Origin: Monocercomonoides exilis PA203
Lineage: Eukaryota; Protista; Preaxostyla
Reading direction: 5' to 3'
NCBI GenBank assembly: GCA_001643675.2
Contig: LSRY02000011.1
Span: 62,001 to 126,000, forward strand
DNA length: 64,000 nucleotides
The translations under genes and the position numbers were made by a program. Each line of letters starts with the position of its first letter. The stretch's first letter is position 1. Of the stretch, positions 1 through 12,149 are shown piece by piece. The notes beneath the pieces were generated by a model. That model was not told the origin of the DNA. It was given only the letters and a program-made list of their open reading frames with translations, and searched no databases.

Positions 1-203
1 ATTCATATGTATCCCCCGACTTTACAGTTAAGCTTACAAGTCACTCAGGCCACAATACACCAACCCTCTAGTATTCCATGTCCATAAGAAAATAATTTAA
101 TTATATTAATAAAAAACATCTCTGCACTTTCTAAATTTTATATCGCTTGTCCTTTTGGCAGTTTCAAGCACTACTTTCATTCTCTTTTCAAAGTTCTTTT
201 CAT

Positions 204-237
<34 letters not shown>

Positions 238-743
238 TTGTCAATATTTAGCCTTGGATGAAGCTTACCACCCAATTAGGGTTGCAATCTCAAACAACCC
301 GACTCTATGATTGTAATGTCCAACCGTGACATTTAAACCAAAAAAAGCCATGACAAGTTTGACCCTGCCACATCTTCCTTCAGTAGGAATCGAGATCTAC
401 TTTTTACTATATAAACGGGGCTATTACCCTCTCCGGCATTCCTTTCCAAAAACAAAAATAGAAATTTTGATCTCTAAATCATATTCCCGTCACTGACATT
501 AATCTCTCAGAGTTTGACCCCCAAGAGAAATTACATCTTTAAAGTACAACTCTTATTACTTTCTATCAATTGTTAGCCAAGTCAAAAGTTGCCTTTCTTC
601 TCAACTAACTCATAATAAGATTTTAACTTTGGGCTTTTCCTTCTTCCCTCGCAGGTACTAAAGGAATCCTCGTTAGTTTCTTTTCCTCCGCTTATTAAGA
701 TGCTTCAGTTCAGCGGGTAATCTTGCTTGATATTTCAGATTGA
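1..743 (-). rRNA. 28S (LSU) rRNA gene, 5' part (continues beyond window start)
   Basis: Reverse complement contains ACCCGCTGAACTGAAGCATCTTAATAAGCGGAGGAAAAGAAACTAAC and GCGAACAAGTACCGTGAGGGAAAGATGAAAAGAACTTTGAAAAGAGA, both conserved LSU 5' motifs. The 5' boundary is approximate. Confidence 0.97.
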
Positions 744-960
744 TAATCATAATTATTAAAATATTCTTTCTCATCATTCATTTAATATTAAAATTTATAT
801 TAATATTTCAATATTATTTTAATATTATTATTTCTATTTGAAAAAGAAATTATTATTATTAATAATAATTAAAGATTATATTTTCATAATAGAAAATTTA
901 ATCTCAAATAATATAAAACAAATCTATTTTGATTTAAATAGATTTATAATAAATTTATAA
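744..960 (-). other. ITS2
   Basis: Extremely AT-rich spacer between 5.8S and 28S; boundaries approximate. Confidence 0.85.
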
Positions 961-1126
961 CCAATTCTGAAACAAGCATGGTCCCTCAATTATAGAAATA
1001 ACTGAGAAACCGCAATATGCGTTCAAAATTTTGATGACTCGTAGATTTCTGCGATTCGCATTAGCTATCGCGCTTTGCTGCGTTCTTCATCGATACAAGA
1101 GCCAAGATATCCACTGCCAAAAGTTT
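961..1126 (-). rRNA. 5.8S rRNA
   Basis: Minus strand AAACTTTTGGCAGTGGATATCTTGGCTCTTGTATCGATGAAGAACGCAGC...TTTGAACGCATATTGCG. Confidence 0.96.
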
Positions 1127-1240
1127 TTTTAATTTTTCTATTTTTAAAAAAACTTTCTATTTGTAATAATATCGTTCATAATCATTATTAACCTCTTTAT
1201 TATTTTTAAATTTATCTAATTGTTTTAATTGTTAAATAAA

Positions 1241-1243
<3 letters not shown>
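1127..1243 (-). other. ITS1
   Basis: AT-rich ~117 bp between the 18S 3' end and 5.8S. Confidence 0.85.
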
Positions 1244-1304
<61 letters not shown>

Positions 1305-1386
1305 AATAAGATTTACTGTCCTTCTAATTAAATCCTAGAGAATCGAAACCCTCACAAGATCCAACAATCCAGACATTTCATCTGAT

Positions 1387-1436
<50 letters not shown>

Positions 1437-2625
1437 ATCAGCGCAATCTGATGAATTGCACTTACTAGGTATTCCTCGTTCATGATCCAAAATTACAAAG
1501 ATCAATCCCCATCACGATAAAGTTTCAAAAGATTACCCAATCCTTTCGGATAAGGGAATTGCATGTGTTAAAAAATAGCATCCCCCTTTCAAAGCCCCAT
1601 AAAGAAGCCCTGAAACAAAAAACACTATTTTTTTGATTTAACACACCCAAAAACAACTTGTTGACTTTATCAGTGTAGCGCGCGTGCGGCCCAGAACATC
1701 TAAGGGCATCACAGACCTGTTATTGCCTCATGCTTCCCCCATGTGCAACCATGGTAGTCCCTCTAAGTAGGTTCGAATATAGATCCAGAGCCCCTTTAGC
1801 CTTCCACCACAACCCCGTGAAGAGCCATGATAGAATAAAATAACTAAAAGAGAATTACAATCCATATCGAAATATTTTAATGATAATTTCAATAACTCAC
1901 TTCCAAAACAAACTTCTTCCAAACAGCCGAAACTGCTCAAAACAAATCCATCCTGAAAGCTTAATGAGCTATCTCAAAATATATATTTCAATATTAACCA
2001 TTAAAAGATCTCAGACAACTTCCCGACTTTCTCAACAATCCTCCCGAGAGAGAACGGCTGAGAAAAAAATCGCAAAGCCACCTTACAGACACTTTTCAAA
2101 ATTATCACCCTATTTAGCAGGTTGAGGTCTCGTTCGTTATCGGAATTAACCAGACAAATCACTCCACCAACTAAGAACGACCATGCACCACCACCCACGG
2201 AATCAAGAAAGAACTATCAATCTGTCAATCCTTCCCGTGTCTGGACCTGGTAAGTTTCCCCGTGTTGAGTCAAATTAAGCCGCAGGCTCCACACCTGGTG
2301 GTGCCCTTCCGTCAATTTCTTTAAGTTTCAGACTTGCGACCATACTCCCCCCAGAACCCAGAGACTTAATCGATTTCTCTAAAGGTGCTGATGGGGCTTA
2401 AAAACAAAAAAACAAACGACAATAACAAAAGTTACCTCTTTCATTTTTTTGTTATAATTTTAAAAGCAAACTCACTTCACTATTTCTAGTGATAAATCCC
2501 AAACCTATCTCGCGAAAGATAGATATAATTGGAAAAGCGAATTAAAAAAATAAATTCCCTCCAATCCCTAGTTGGCATCGTTTATAGTTAAGACTAGAGC
2601 GGTTTCTGATCGCCTTCGATCCCCT

Positions 2626-2659
<34 letters not shown>

Positions 2660-4249
2660 TAAATGCTTTCGCACTTGTTTGTCTTGCATAAATCCAAGAA
2701 TTCCACCTCTGACTATGCAATACAGATACCCCCAACTGTCCCTCTTAATCATTACACCTGTTTCAAAAACCAATAAAACTCAAATCGATAAACAAAACAA
2801 AAGAGAAATAAATTCCCCTTTCATTTTGTTTAAGACTCGAATGTGTTTGATAACAAAAACAAAATAAGTCTCCTTATTTTTTTTCATTATCAAATTTAAA
2901 ACACATCAGGTGTCTTATTTTATTATTCCATGCTAATGTGTTCAGTAGCGAATTTCTTTCATTACAAAAAAAACGCCTGCTTTGAACACTCCATTTTCTT
3001 CAAAGTAAACTCTCCGAAATTTTCCTCTTCTTTGACAAAGAGAAACAATTAATATAAATCAACATTTAAGTGATATATTAATAATTTCGAAAACATTTAC
3101 CCCTTTTTTGAAAAAGCCCAAAGACTTCTCCAAAAAGGGATTCGAGGTTATTCAAATTCAAGGCAAGCATAAGATACTTGAAAGATATTGAGTCAATCAA
3201 ACAACAAGAAATAAATCTTGATGCAAGATTAAAAACAATACCATGATTTTCAAATATCCCCTCATTAATACCCTCCAATCACTTCAAATTCCAAATTCTA
3301 AATCAACCCGAAAGCTAATTTAAAAAAAAGAAAAATGAAGCAGGACTAAGTATAGAGAAACATCTCGCCCCCTCGAACAATTAAAAACTCCAAAATCCAA
3401 CTACGAGCTTTTTAACTGCAGCAATTTTAGTATACACTATTAGAGCTGGAATTACCGCGGCTGCTGGCACCAGACTTGCCCTCTAATTGTTTCTCTTTCA
3501 AGCATTTACATTGAAACCATTCCAATAGCAGAATACCATTAGATACCCCGCTTTGTTATTTTTTGTCACTACCTCCCCATATACGTCATTGATTGGGATT
3601 GGGTAATTTGCGCGCCTGCTGCCTTCCTTGGAAGTGGTAGCCATCTCTCAGGCTCCCTCTCCGGAATCGAACCCTAATTCTCCGTTACCCGTCAATACCA
3701 TGGTAGGCCTCTATCCTACCATCATCAGTTGATAGGTCAGAAATTTCAATGACACATTGCCAAGACGATGGGCTCTTAACCCACCCTGGCAATTCGACAT
3801 TTATCATGAATCACCATTATCTTTCTCAATGGACACACATCATTACACCCCTTGCGAGGCTTCAAACATGTGCCGAAATAAGTTTTTGATCCATATAGAA
3901 TCAAACATTTAAACTATTCCTAATGGTTTTCGATCTAATAAATACAATCCTTCCCTAAGGCATCTCATTGCTGAAATACCTAGTCGGATCTTTTTCAAAC
4001 CCACCCTTCTTTCCATTCCGAAAAACAAAAAGAAAAATGAATTCTCGCATGTATTAGCTCTAGAATTACTACGGCTATCCATGTAGTAAATTATATTTCT
4101 ATCAAAAATATAACATTGTCATTGTCAAATAAATTATAACTGTTGTAATGAGCCATTCGCAGTTTCATAAATACAAGTTATTTATACTGACACATGCATG
4201 GCTTAATCTTTGAGACAAGCATATGACTACTGGCAGAATCGACCAGATA
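1244..4249 (-). rRNA. 18S (SSU) rRNA, ~3.0 kb with large expansion segments
   Basis: Starts TATCTGGTCGATTCTGCCAGTAGTCATATGCTTGTCTC and ends GTAGGTGAACCTGCGGAAGGATCATTA. Internal GTGCCAGCAGCCGCGGTAATTCC, GAAACTTAAAGAAATTGACGG and GTACACACCGCCCGTC are present. Confidence 0.98.
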
Positions 4250-5763
4250 CATTTATAAAAAGAAAAAACATTAATTAAAAATTTTAACTAATGTTTTTTC
4301 TAATATAAAATAATATATATCATATTGTTTTGTTAAACACAACATAATATAGTATTTTAGTCATAATTATTAAAACATCACCATTCACAAACATGTTGAT
4401 GATATTTTAAGAATAGACACAATATTTTCCCTTCTCAAATATTAACACATTATTTTCTTTCAGATCAACTTAATAACTGATTTTATAGTTATTAAGTCAT
4501 CCAATCATAATCATTAATATTTGTATTATCACAATGTAATCTCAATATCAAAACACTTTTCTCATCATCAAAACAGATAATATAAAAAAGCTCTGATAGA
4601 TCATTACAATATGATTTTTCATTCGCATCTCACAATTATATTTTCACCTTGTAAAAAAAGTGGCAAATAATTGTAACAGTTCAAATACTTTCAACAAATA
4701 GAAACATGACATTTATGTCTTCAAACAAACAAACAATAAAACATTTGTTCATTTTGATTTCATCATTGTCACATTCTATCTCTCGATAGTCAAACCAAAC
4801 CCCCACATATTAGGCAACCAAACTCCATTGTGCAATAACAATCCATCTGAACTCAATCAATGATATACACATATACATATCGACCACACCATACATATAG
4901 ACAAGGTCTCGACTTCATGAAGTACTCTTTTCTACAATATTCAAACAAGTCAACATACATGTATTTCCAACAACAAAACACCCCAACACTTTCACACACA
5001 TCCCCACATTATTGCTTTTCTAAAATCAAGCAGTTCTCCAAGATGGATTCATTGCATCCAAATCAAACTACTTCACAACACATAACCATATACTATACTG
5101 CCTCACAACACACATTCACTACTAGCATAGCACTCTCTCACAACAACTTCTCAGACACATCGATTTTATTAGAGTCATCCAAACCTCTTCATCCAACATT
5201 ATTACACATCAGACTCAAAGATTCAAACAACTCACTTTATTATTCGACCCATCTGATCAGCCATTGCTACCAGAAGATGTTTTCATAAAACATGTATTGT
5301 GATGCCCTTATATACAATCACATGTTGCTTTTCATTCTTATCAGAACCAACAAACCCACTCTTTTTGAACCACCTTCATTTATACTTCACTCAGTGAGTT
5401 TCTGTATAATCATGCAAGGTATTTCATTCAAAGAGACATATACATATTATTCCCATTCAAATACCATATACTATCTTCCTTAACATACAAGCCTACTCAC
5501 CTATTTGCTATACATATGACATAATACTATATACATATATATACAATAGACCACTATTACACAATCCCTCAGTCTAATAGACAGCCCCCTATATAAATTT
5601 TTCATTCAAAATCCACTTTTTTTCCTATGGAGTTTCATATACAAGTCACACTTCTATACTAACCCCATATCACATAAGCCCTGGCTCAGACTATCCTCAC
5701 CAGACAACTTTTGTCGAAAAAAAATGAAGTCAGAAAAAAAATTTTTTCGGGGGGTGTCCCCCT
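4250..5763 (-). other. putative 5' external transcribed spacer
   Basis: Non-repetitive, strand-biased (A/C-rich on +) sequence between 18S and the candidate start site. The upstream limit is inferred. Confidence 0.55.
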
Positions 5764-5770
5764 AAGTATA
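5758..5770 (-). promoter_or_regulatory. candidate RNA polymerase I transcription initiation site
   Basis: Minus strand TATACTTAGGGGG resembles the TATA..AGGG-type rDNA initiation motif known from plants. It lies at the boundary between the ETS-like sequence and the structured IGS. Confidence 0.45.
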
Positions 5771-5776
5771 CTTCCG

Positions 5777-6112
5777 TAAAAATCCCCGATAGCCCGCACT
5801 ACAAACACCATCTTTTCCAAAAACTCATACACTCAATTACACTACGCCCGGGTTTTCGCGTTTTTTCCTTTTTCATACTACAATTACACTACAAAAACGA
5901 GGTCATCGAAAAACCTGCTTTGATACTAAAAAATCTCAAAATTACACTACGCCACCAAAACCTCGGCGTAGTGTAATAAAGAGTATACTGATACTAGAAA
6001 ATATCGGCTAGTATCAAAAGTGCCCCAAATACACTACGTCGCGAAAACCTCGGCCTAGTGAAAATCCCCAAAAATGATACTAGGTTCAAACTAGGTTTAA
6101 ATTTTTAGTATC
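5777..6112. repeat. IGS inverted-repeat arm 1 (hairpin-rich, promoter-proximal)
   Basis: Reverse complement of ~7627-7950, including a perfect 25-mer (5908-5932 vs 7781-7805). Internal perfect 13 bp stem at 5941-5977 and TGATACTAG/CTAGTATCA palindromes. Confidence 0.9.
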
Positions 6113-7626
6113 CTTCCATAGTGTTTCTTGGGATGGGGACACACCAAAGCCTTGCCACTACCACACCACCTTGTGTATGCCCTCACTGCCTTTCATCTGG
6201 TTTTTGTTCCAGCCTTCCAGCTCTTAAGCCTGGCAAGCTACAAGGGCTGGAACATAAGGGGGTCTGAGTCAACTTTCCCTATGAAAAGTGAGTGTAATGG
6301 CTGTAGTGGAATACACAGGCAGGGCATAGACACTGGATGTGTGCCATATTGTAGGCACAGTGTGTAGGCACATTGCAGTGATATCAGATTGGCTGTAAGT
6401 TATGACCAGTAAAAAGATATGAGAGCGGGAACACAGGGGAGGTCTGTCACTTTTTCTATGAAAAGTTCATGTATTTTGCCTATGGCTCCAAAGCAAATAG
6501 AGAGGTTGTTATCCTACCACTACCATTGGATAGAGGGAGAGTATAGCTAGACCCTCTATAACATTTTCGAGTCTCGCACTCTCAAGCCTGAGGCACTACA
6601 AGGGCTGGAACATAAGAGTTCCCAGTCAATATTTTGTCAGTGTATTTTTCATATGAAAGATAGTAGTATATTGAGTGTAGTGGTGTGGCATTACATAGGA
6701 GCCAGATGGGGATACTGCCATTGGCTAGGCACAGTGTGCAGCTAGACCCTCTATGGCATTTAGAACTTTCCAGCTCTTAACCCTGTGGAGCTATGATCCA
6801 ACAAACATAGGGGGTCCTAGTGTAAAATTTCATTGAAAAGGAGTTTTTCATAGGAAGGATACTAGTATATCGACCATAGATATAAGGGAAGTTGAGCAGT
6901 GGCAATGGCGATAGCACCAATGGATAGAGCAAGTGTGGAGCGAGTTTCCCTATGGCATCGAGAACTTTCCCAGATTCCTGTGTGATTCGCTACAGGCCAG
7001 CCAATGAGGAGCGTCCAAGTCACTCAAAAAGTCAATGGAAAATACTCACTTTTTCTGGCACTGCCCTCAGCCCAGCCACAGCCCACCAGCCGAATGTGTG
7101 CCACAATGTACCTGCAGGGCATGCCCACCCCACAGCACCATTGGCATGTCTGTAAGTTATGACCGATAAAAAGATATGACAGTGGGAACACAATGGGTAC
7201 CCTATGAAAAAAGTGAAAAAATCATATATGAATGTCAGTATATTGAGTATAATGAAAAGGCATATGGACCGAGGGCAAAGATATTACTACCATTGGATAC
7301 TCCAAGAGCATAGCTACTTGCCCTATGGCATCAAGAACTTTCCAGCTCTTAAAGGTCATTCCCTATGACCCATGGAATATACAGGGTCCATAGTGTAAAA
7401 TATCATTGAGAAAGGGTTTTTGATAGGAAAGATATGAGTATTTGGTGTGTAACTTCAGGGCATCACATAGGATGGATACCAGGTTGCGACCATTGTGTAG
7501 AGCGAGTGTGCAGCGAGACCCTCTATGGCAACGAGAAGTTTCGCTGACTTGCCCCTGAGGCGCTATGAGTCTGTGAACATGAAAGGTCCACAGTGTATTT
7601 TTCATAGAGAAATTACATAGACAAAA
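6113..7626. repeat. degenerate ~190 bp tandem IGS subrepeats (~8 units)
   Basis: Recurring CCATTGG..AG..GCTAGACCCTCTATGGCA and CTACAAGGGCTGGAACATAAG motifs; landmarks near 6523, 6718, 6916, 7290 and 7490. Confidence 0.8.
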
Positions 7627-7950
7627 TTTTCTAGTATCAAAAACCTCGAAATACACTACGCCGAGGTTTTCGAAGTGTAGTGTAATTTGGTCACTTTTCC
7701 AAGGAGCTCAAATTTCTAGTATCAAAATCATCCTTATTACACTACACAACGAAAACCTCGGCGTAGTGTAATTTTCCCCGTTTTTAGTATCAAAGCAGGT
7801 TTTTCAGACATTCCATTTTCATAGTGTATTTCTAGTATCAAAAGTTACAAAAATCGAGGAAACCTCGGTGTAGTAAAGTTGAGTCTATGAGTTTGTCGAA
7901 AAAGATAGATTTTCTGGTCTGGGCACCCGGGGTCTTTTACCATATTTGAG
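7627..7950. repeat. IGS inverted-repeat arm 2
   Basis: Inverted copy of 5777-6112 with the same TACACTAC..GTAGTGTA hairpins. A third partial copy in the same orientation lies at ~8681-8735. Confidence 0.9.
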
Positions 7951-7959
7951 GTTTTTTCA

Positions 7960-8680
7960 ATGAAAGTGACTGAACAAAACCCAGTGCACAGCCCACCCAG
8001 CCGGCCCGGCCCACAGCCCACAAACCAGACCCCGCCCACTGCACAGCCCTGGTCCCCCGCTACACCGTCACTTTTGTTTCTGGAGCTCTCCCTCCAACAC
8101 CTGAGGAGATAGGTTCGTTGAAAGAGAGGAGGGTCTGTGACCAGCCCAGTCATTTTTCACCCTCTTTTTCTCACACCACAGCCCAGCCAGCCAGCCCAGC
8201 CACACTCCCACCACCCAGCCTTGTAGCCACTGCCCACACGCCCACTCTGCCCACATCAGCCAAGCTGTAGGTTATGACCGATAAAAAGATACACCCCAAT
8301 GAAGTTGGTTTTCCAGTCAGTCTTTCCAGTGAAAAAAGTGAATGTCTGACCCACCCAGCCAGAAGGATACACAGGCGCCCAGCAGCACCCTGCCCAGCGT
8401 GCAGCCGCAGTCTGTGCGCACACTGTCACTTTTGTTTCTGGAGCTCTGGCTCTCACCAGTAAAGCTCCACGACCCTTCCAACACACCACCCTCAGTCACC
8501 TTTTCTGACTGGGCAAATACATTATATGTGGAACAGAGCCAGGCCAAGCCACAGGGCCTGCCCAACCATAGGCCCAGCCCATAGCCCGCCTCACTCGCCA
8601 CTTGCCCTGTGGCCTTTGCCAGCCCTGCCCATCAGCCCTTCCACAGATATCCTCCACTCAACCCCTTTTTCAGTCAAACT
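7960..8680. repeat. GC-rich CAGCC-rich IGS subrepeats
   Basis: GTCACTTTTGTTTCTGGAGCTCT occurs at ~8067 and ~8426. GTTATGACCGATAAAAAGATA is shared with the subrepeat at ~7156, with a variant at ~6399. Confidence 0.7.
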
Positions 8681-11103
8681 CAAATTGAGTCTGTGAGTTT
8701 TTCGAAAAAGATGGCACTTCGAGGTCGGGCAGCCATAATCACATAGAAAAATTATCATAGAAAATATTCAATTTTCATAGGAAAAATATACTAACTGATG
8801 TGTGGAGAAATATCTGCTGGACCAATCTCTTAGCAATTACACCACAACCCACCCCCACTAACATTCCCCAACATATCCCTCTGACTCCAGTCACTTGCCC
8901 TCCCAACACTCTCCACAGCTCTCCCAAGTCAATACCCCCAATTCACTTTTCTATGTAAATAATCAACATTGAACTCAAAACAACTAGCCGATCGGATTTC
9001 TCAGCAACCACTGGGATGATCGAAACGCCGTTTGGCCACATCCGGGCATGGGTTACTGTGCCGGTCATATGTGTTTCGATTCAGCCACTTGCCTCTCCTT
9101 CGCTCTCTGTGACTTCACCAACCAGGCACCCCCAGTCAAAGTCAAAAAATTTATTTCTTTTCTGGACAGCCTGCCAGACACCCGCCACCAACACCCATAT
9201 GCATGCTATTATCAAACTATATGCACATATATCATACATTAATATCAAAATTATCTGGCCATTACTTCGGGAGTTATACTCGATTTACCTTAAAAATGAC
9301 CTTTTTAACTCAAAAATTCGATTATAACTCAAAAACTACAAATAAGTGTATCCAACCAAAAATCACCAATATACAACATTACAACGCATATTCATGTGTT
9401 TAATCATATTTTACATTGACTTTGAAATTTTCGAGAAAAAAAATTTTTTTCATTTTTTCAGTCAAAATCACCAACTTGTCCGCACTGCCCTGCCACAACC
9501 GCTCGACAGAAAAAATTTAGATTCGAGTATGTTTATAAGGGGCCCACGTCCTTGCCACCTGCCAATTATCAAAGGAATCTGAGACCCCATATTTTTCGGT
9601 CGTTGATCTAAGATCACCACTTTTTCAGTCAAATTCTTCATATCACATTTTCTCACTAACCAGACCAATCTGGCCCGAGAAAAAAATTCAGCGGACTATT
9701 CGCAAATTATCCGAACTTTTTGTGTTTTCATATGTTTCGATCACAACTTTCATAAAAACCGATTTTCACCAATTTTTCAATTTTTCTGACTAACGTGAGC
9801 TAAATTCAACTTAATCAGAAAAAATCAAAATTTCGCATTTTTCGAATTTTTGACCTTGACTTCAAAAATTCACAATTGGTCCAACTAACACTCCGATAAA
9901 GTCTCACAACTTAGAAAAATTTATTTATCGAGATATTTTAAAAATAATTATGAAAATTTTGACTGAAAAAATTTTATTTAACAAATCATTCCACAATTTG
10001 AATCAATTAATTTCTGATTTTAATATCAATCAATTCCTCTCATAATATTACCCATATACGTAACTTTTCATCAACCACTAATTCCTACTTCTTTATTAAA
10101 AATCATTTTTTTAAAAATTGTTTGATCTAGATCAAAACCATTTTTCTATGTTAAGAATTCAACTTCTCAAAAACAGTTTGTTACCAATCTCACTATACAC
10201 CATTACATCCCCCACCCCTCATAACCTATACAAAATATTATTTTCAAATTTATCTGTTCATGGAATAAATAGAAAAATATTAATTAAGATTGAAAATTTT
10301 GGTAAAAAAATTATTTCTCAAGAGGATTGCTTTCAATATTAAAAACAAAAATAATAGAGATGTATTATATGATGACTATTTATTTAATAAAAAAATTGCG
10401 TTGAGAAGGATGTTATAAAAAAATAAAAAAATTAAATATTATTCAAAAAATGAGTGAAAAAATGAAAATATTTTTTTATCTCCAAAATTGATGGGCAGAC
10501 TAACATCAAAAAAATATATAATATACAATATCTTAATATCATTATTGTTGAATTTTTTCAATAGAATGAAAAAGTCAGTTGTTGAGATAAAAAAATAATA
10601 TCAAAAATAAAAAAAATTAAAAAAATAATAACATCACAAAGAAAAGTTGAATTCAATTGGTTATTTTATATAATATAATATATATAATAAAGATGATAAT
10701 AACATATAAGAATACTGATATTGATGGTTGGTTCTGAGCAAACAAAAAAGTATCTTATTTTTGTTGATATTTCAGAATGTTATTTTTTCATTATTATTCA
10801 ACCATAACTAACAATATTCTTTCAATTATATCATCATAATTAATATTATCATATCATATATCTTCTATCCAAATTTCATCAAAAATAAAAAAATAAAAAG
10901 TTAAAAAAAAAATTAATTTTATCATATCTTGAGGTATCCATATCAGATTTTAATAAAAATTATATAAAAAGATGAGAGGGGATAAGTAGAAAAAAAGATA
11001 TTTCATAAGAAAAATATTGTATTTTTTCCAAAAAAAATAAAACAAAAATATCGATTTTCTCCATTGAAAATGACCCCTTTTTTTCCTTATTTTTCAAAAT
11101 TTT

Positions 11104-11216
11104 CTCGCTAACCGCGAGGTTAGGGAAAGATCATCTCGCGCTACTACTCCAGTAGCGCTCGCTGGATGAAATCTGCGCACATCAATCCTGCGCGCAGATA
11201 TTCATCCATCTCGCGA
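11104..11216. other. cluster of three consecutive GC-rich stem-loops in the IGS
   Basis: CTAACC-GCGA-GGTTAG; GCGCTACT-ACTCC-AGTAGCGC; TGGATGAAATCTGCGC...GCGCAGAT(A)TTCATCCA. Confidence 0.75.
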
Positions 11217-11530
11217 AAAAAATGAAGAAGAGTAAAAAGTTCATGAAAAAGAAAAAAGATAAAAGTTAAAGATTTCGGGGGGGAGGGGCAAAAATTTTCA
11301 ACAAAAATTTGAAAACCTTCAAATTTGTACATAGCAAGAGTGACAAGATGGTGGTGTTATTTTTAAAAAAATGAAGGCCTTTTCTGATGGGTAAGAGTCC
11401 CACCCAATGGCCGACGCGCCACACGGCAAAAGTTCGGTCGCTTTCGCTCCCCGCCCTTTTGCCGCGTTTGCCGCGCGGCCCCCACCCCACGTAATGGTTT
11501 CTTCCTTATTCATTTTCTATTTTTCAGAAA

Positions 11531-11860
11531 TCAGAAACTTTTTTCCTTGAAGTCAAAAAATTGACTCAAAAAACTTCAATGTTTTCAGTGAATATTATCC
11601 AAAAAGATGGATCTATTTGATTAATATCATCACATTGAAACCATTGAAGAAGTCCCTTTCTTCTCTTTTATTGGAGTCAGAAACTTTTTTAAAGTGTTAT
11701 TTTTTGATCACAAAAATTTGATTCAAAAAATACTTCAAAGAAATGATGACTTAACCAATAAGATTAATATCATCATAATCACTTTGAAGAAGTTTTTCTC
11801 AAGGGGAGGATAGAAACTTATTTTTTGATATTATTTATTTTTGACTCAAAAAAGTTTCAT
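11531..11860. repeat. degenerate ~140 bp tandem repeat (about 2.5 copies) downstream of 28S
   Basis: AGAAACTT at ~11533, 11679 and 11812; TTGA(C/T)TCAAAAAA three times; GATTAATATCATCA..TTGAAGAAGT twice. Confidence 0.65.
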
Positions 11861-12149
11861 CCTTTATGACTTTTTCCCACATTGGATTCCCTCAAATTCC
11901 CATTTATTTTTTCCTTTCCCAAAATGTATTTGGGGAGTAGTACTTCATCCATGGTATTATTAAGGCTTTCCAATCATCCGTCCTTAAAGTTTTTTTTCAG
12001 TGTTTTTATATTCAATCATTCATACGTTAAATCCCTTCAAAAGGTTTAAGAGAATATCTATGAATTTTAAAACATTTACTTGTGAGATTTTAGACGGACT
12101 TTTTTTTAATCAATGACTTAATCAAAAAAAATGGATAAAATTGGACAAT

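Noticed and set aside
11104-11495. 5S rRNA or tRNA in the IGS
   Set aside because: No 5S internal control region or tRNA A/B-box cloverleaf was found.
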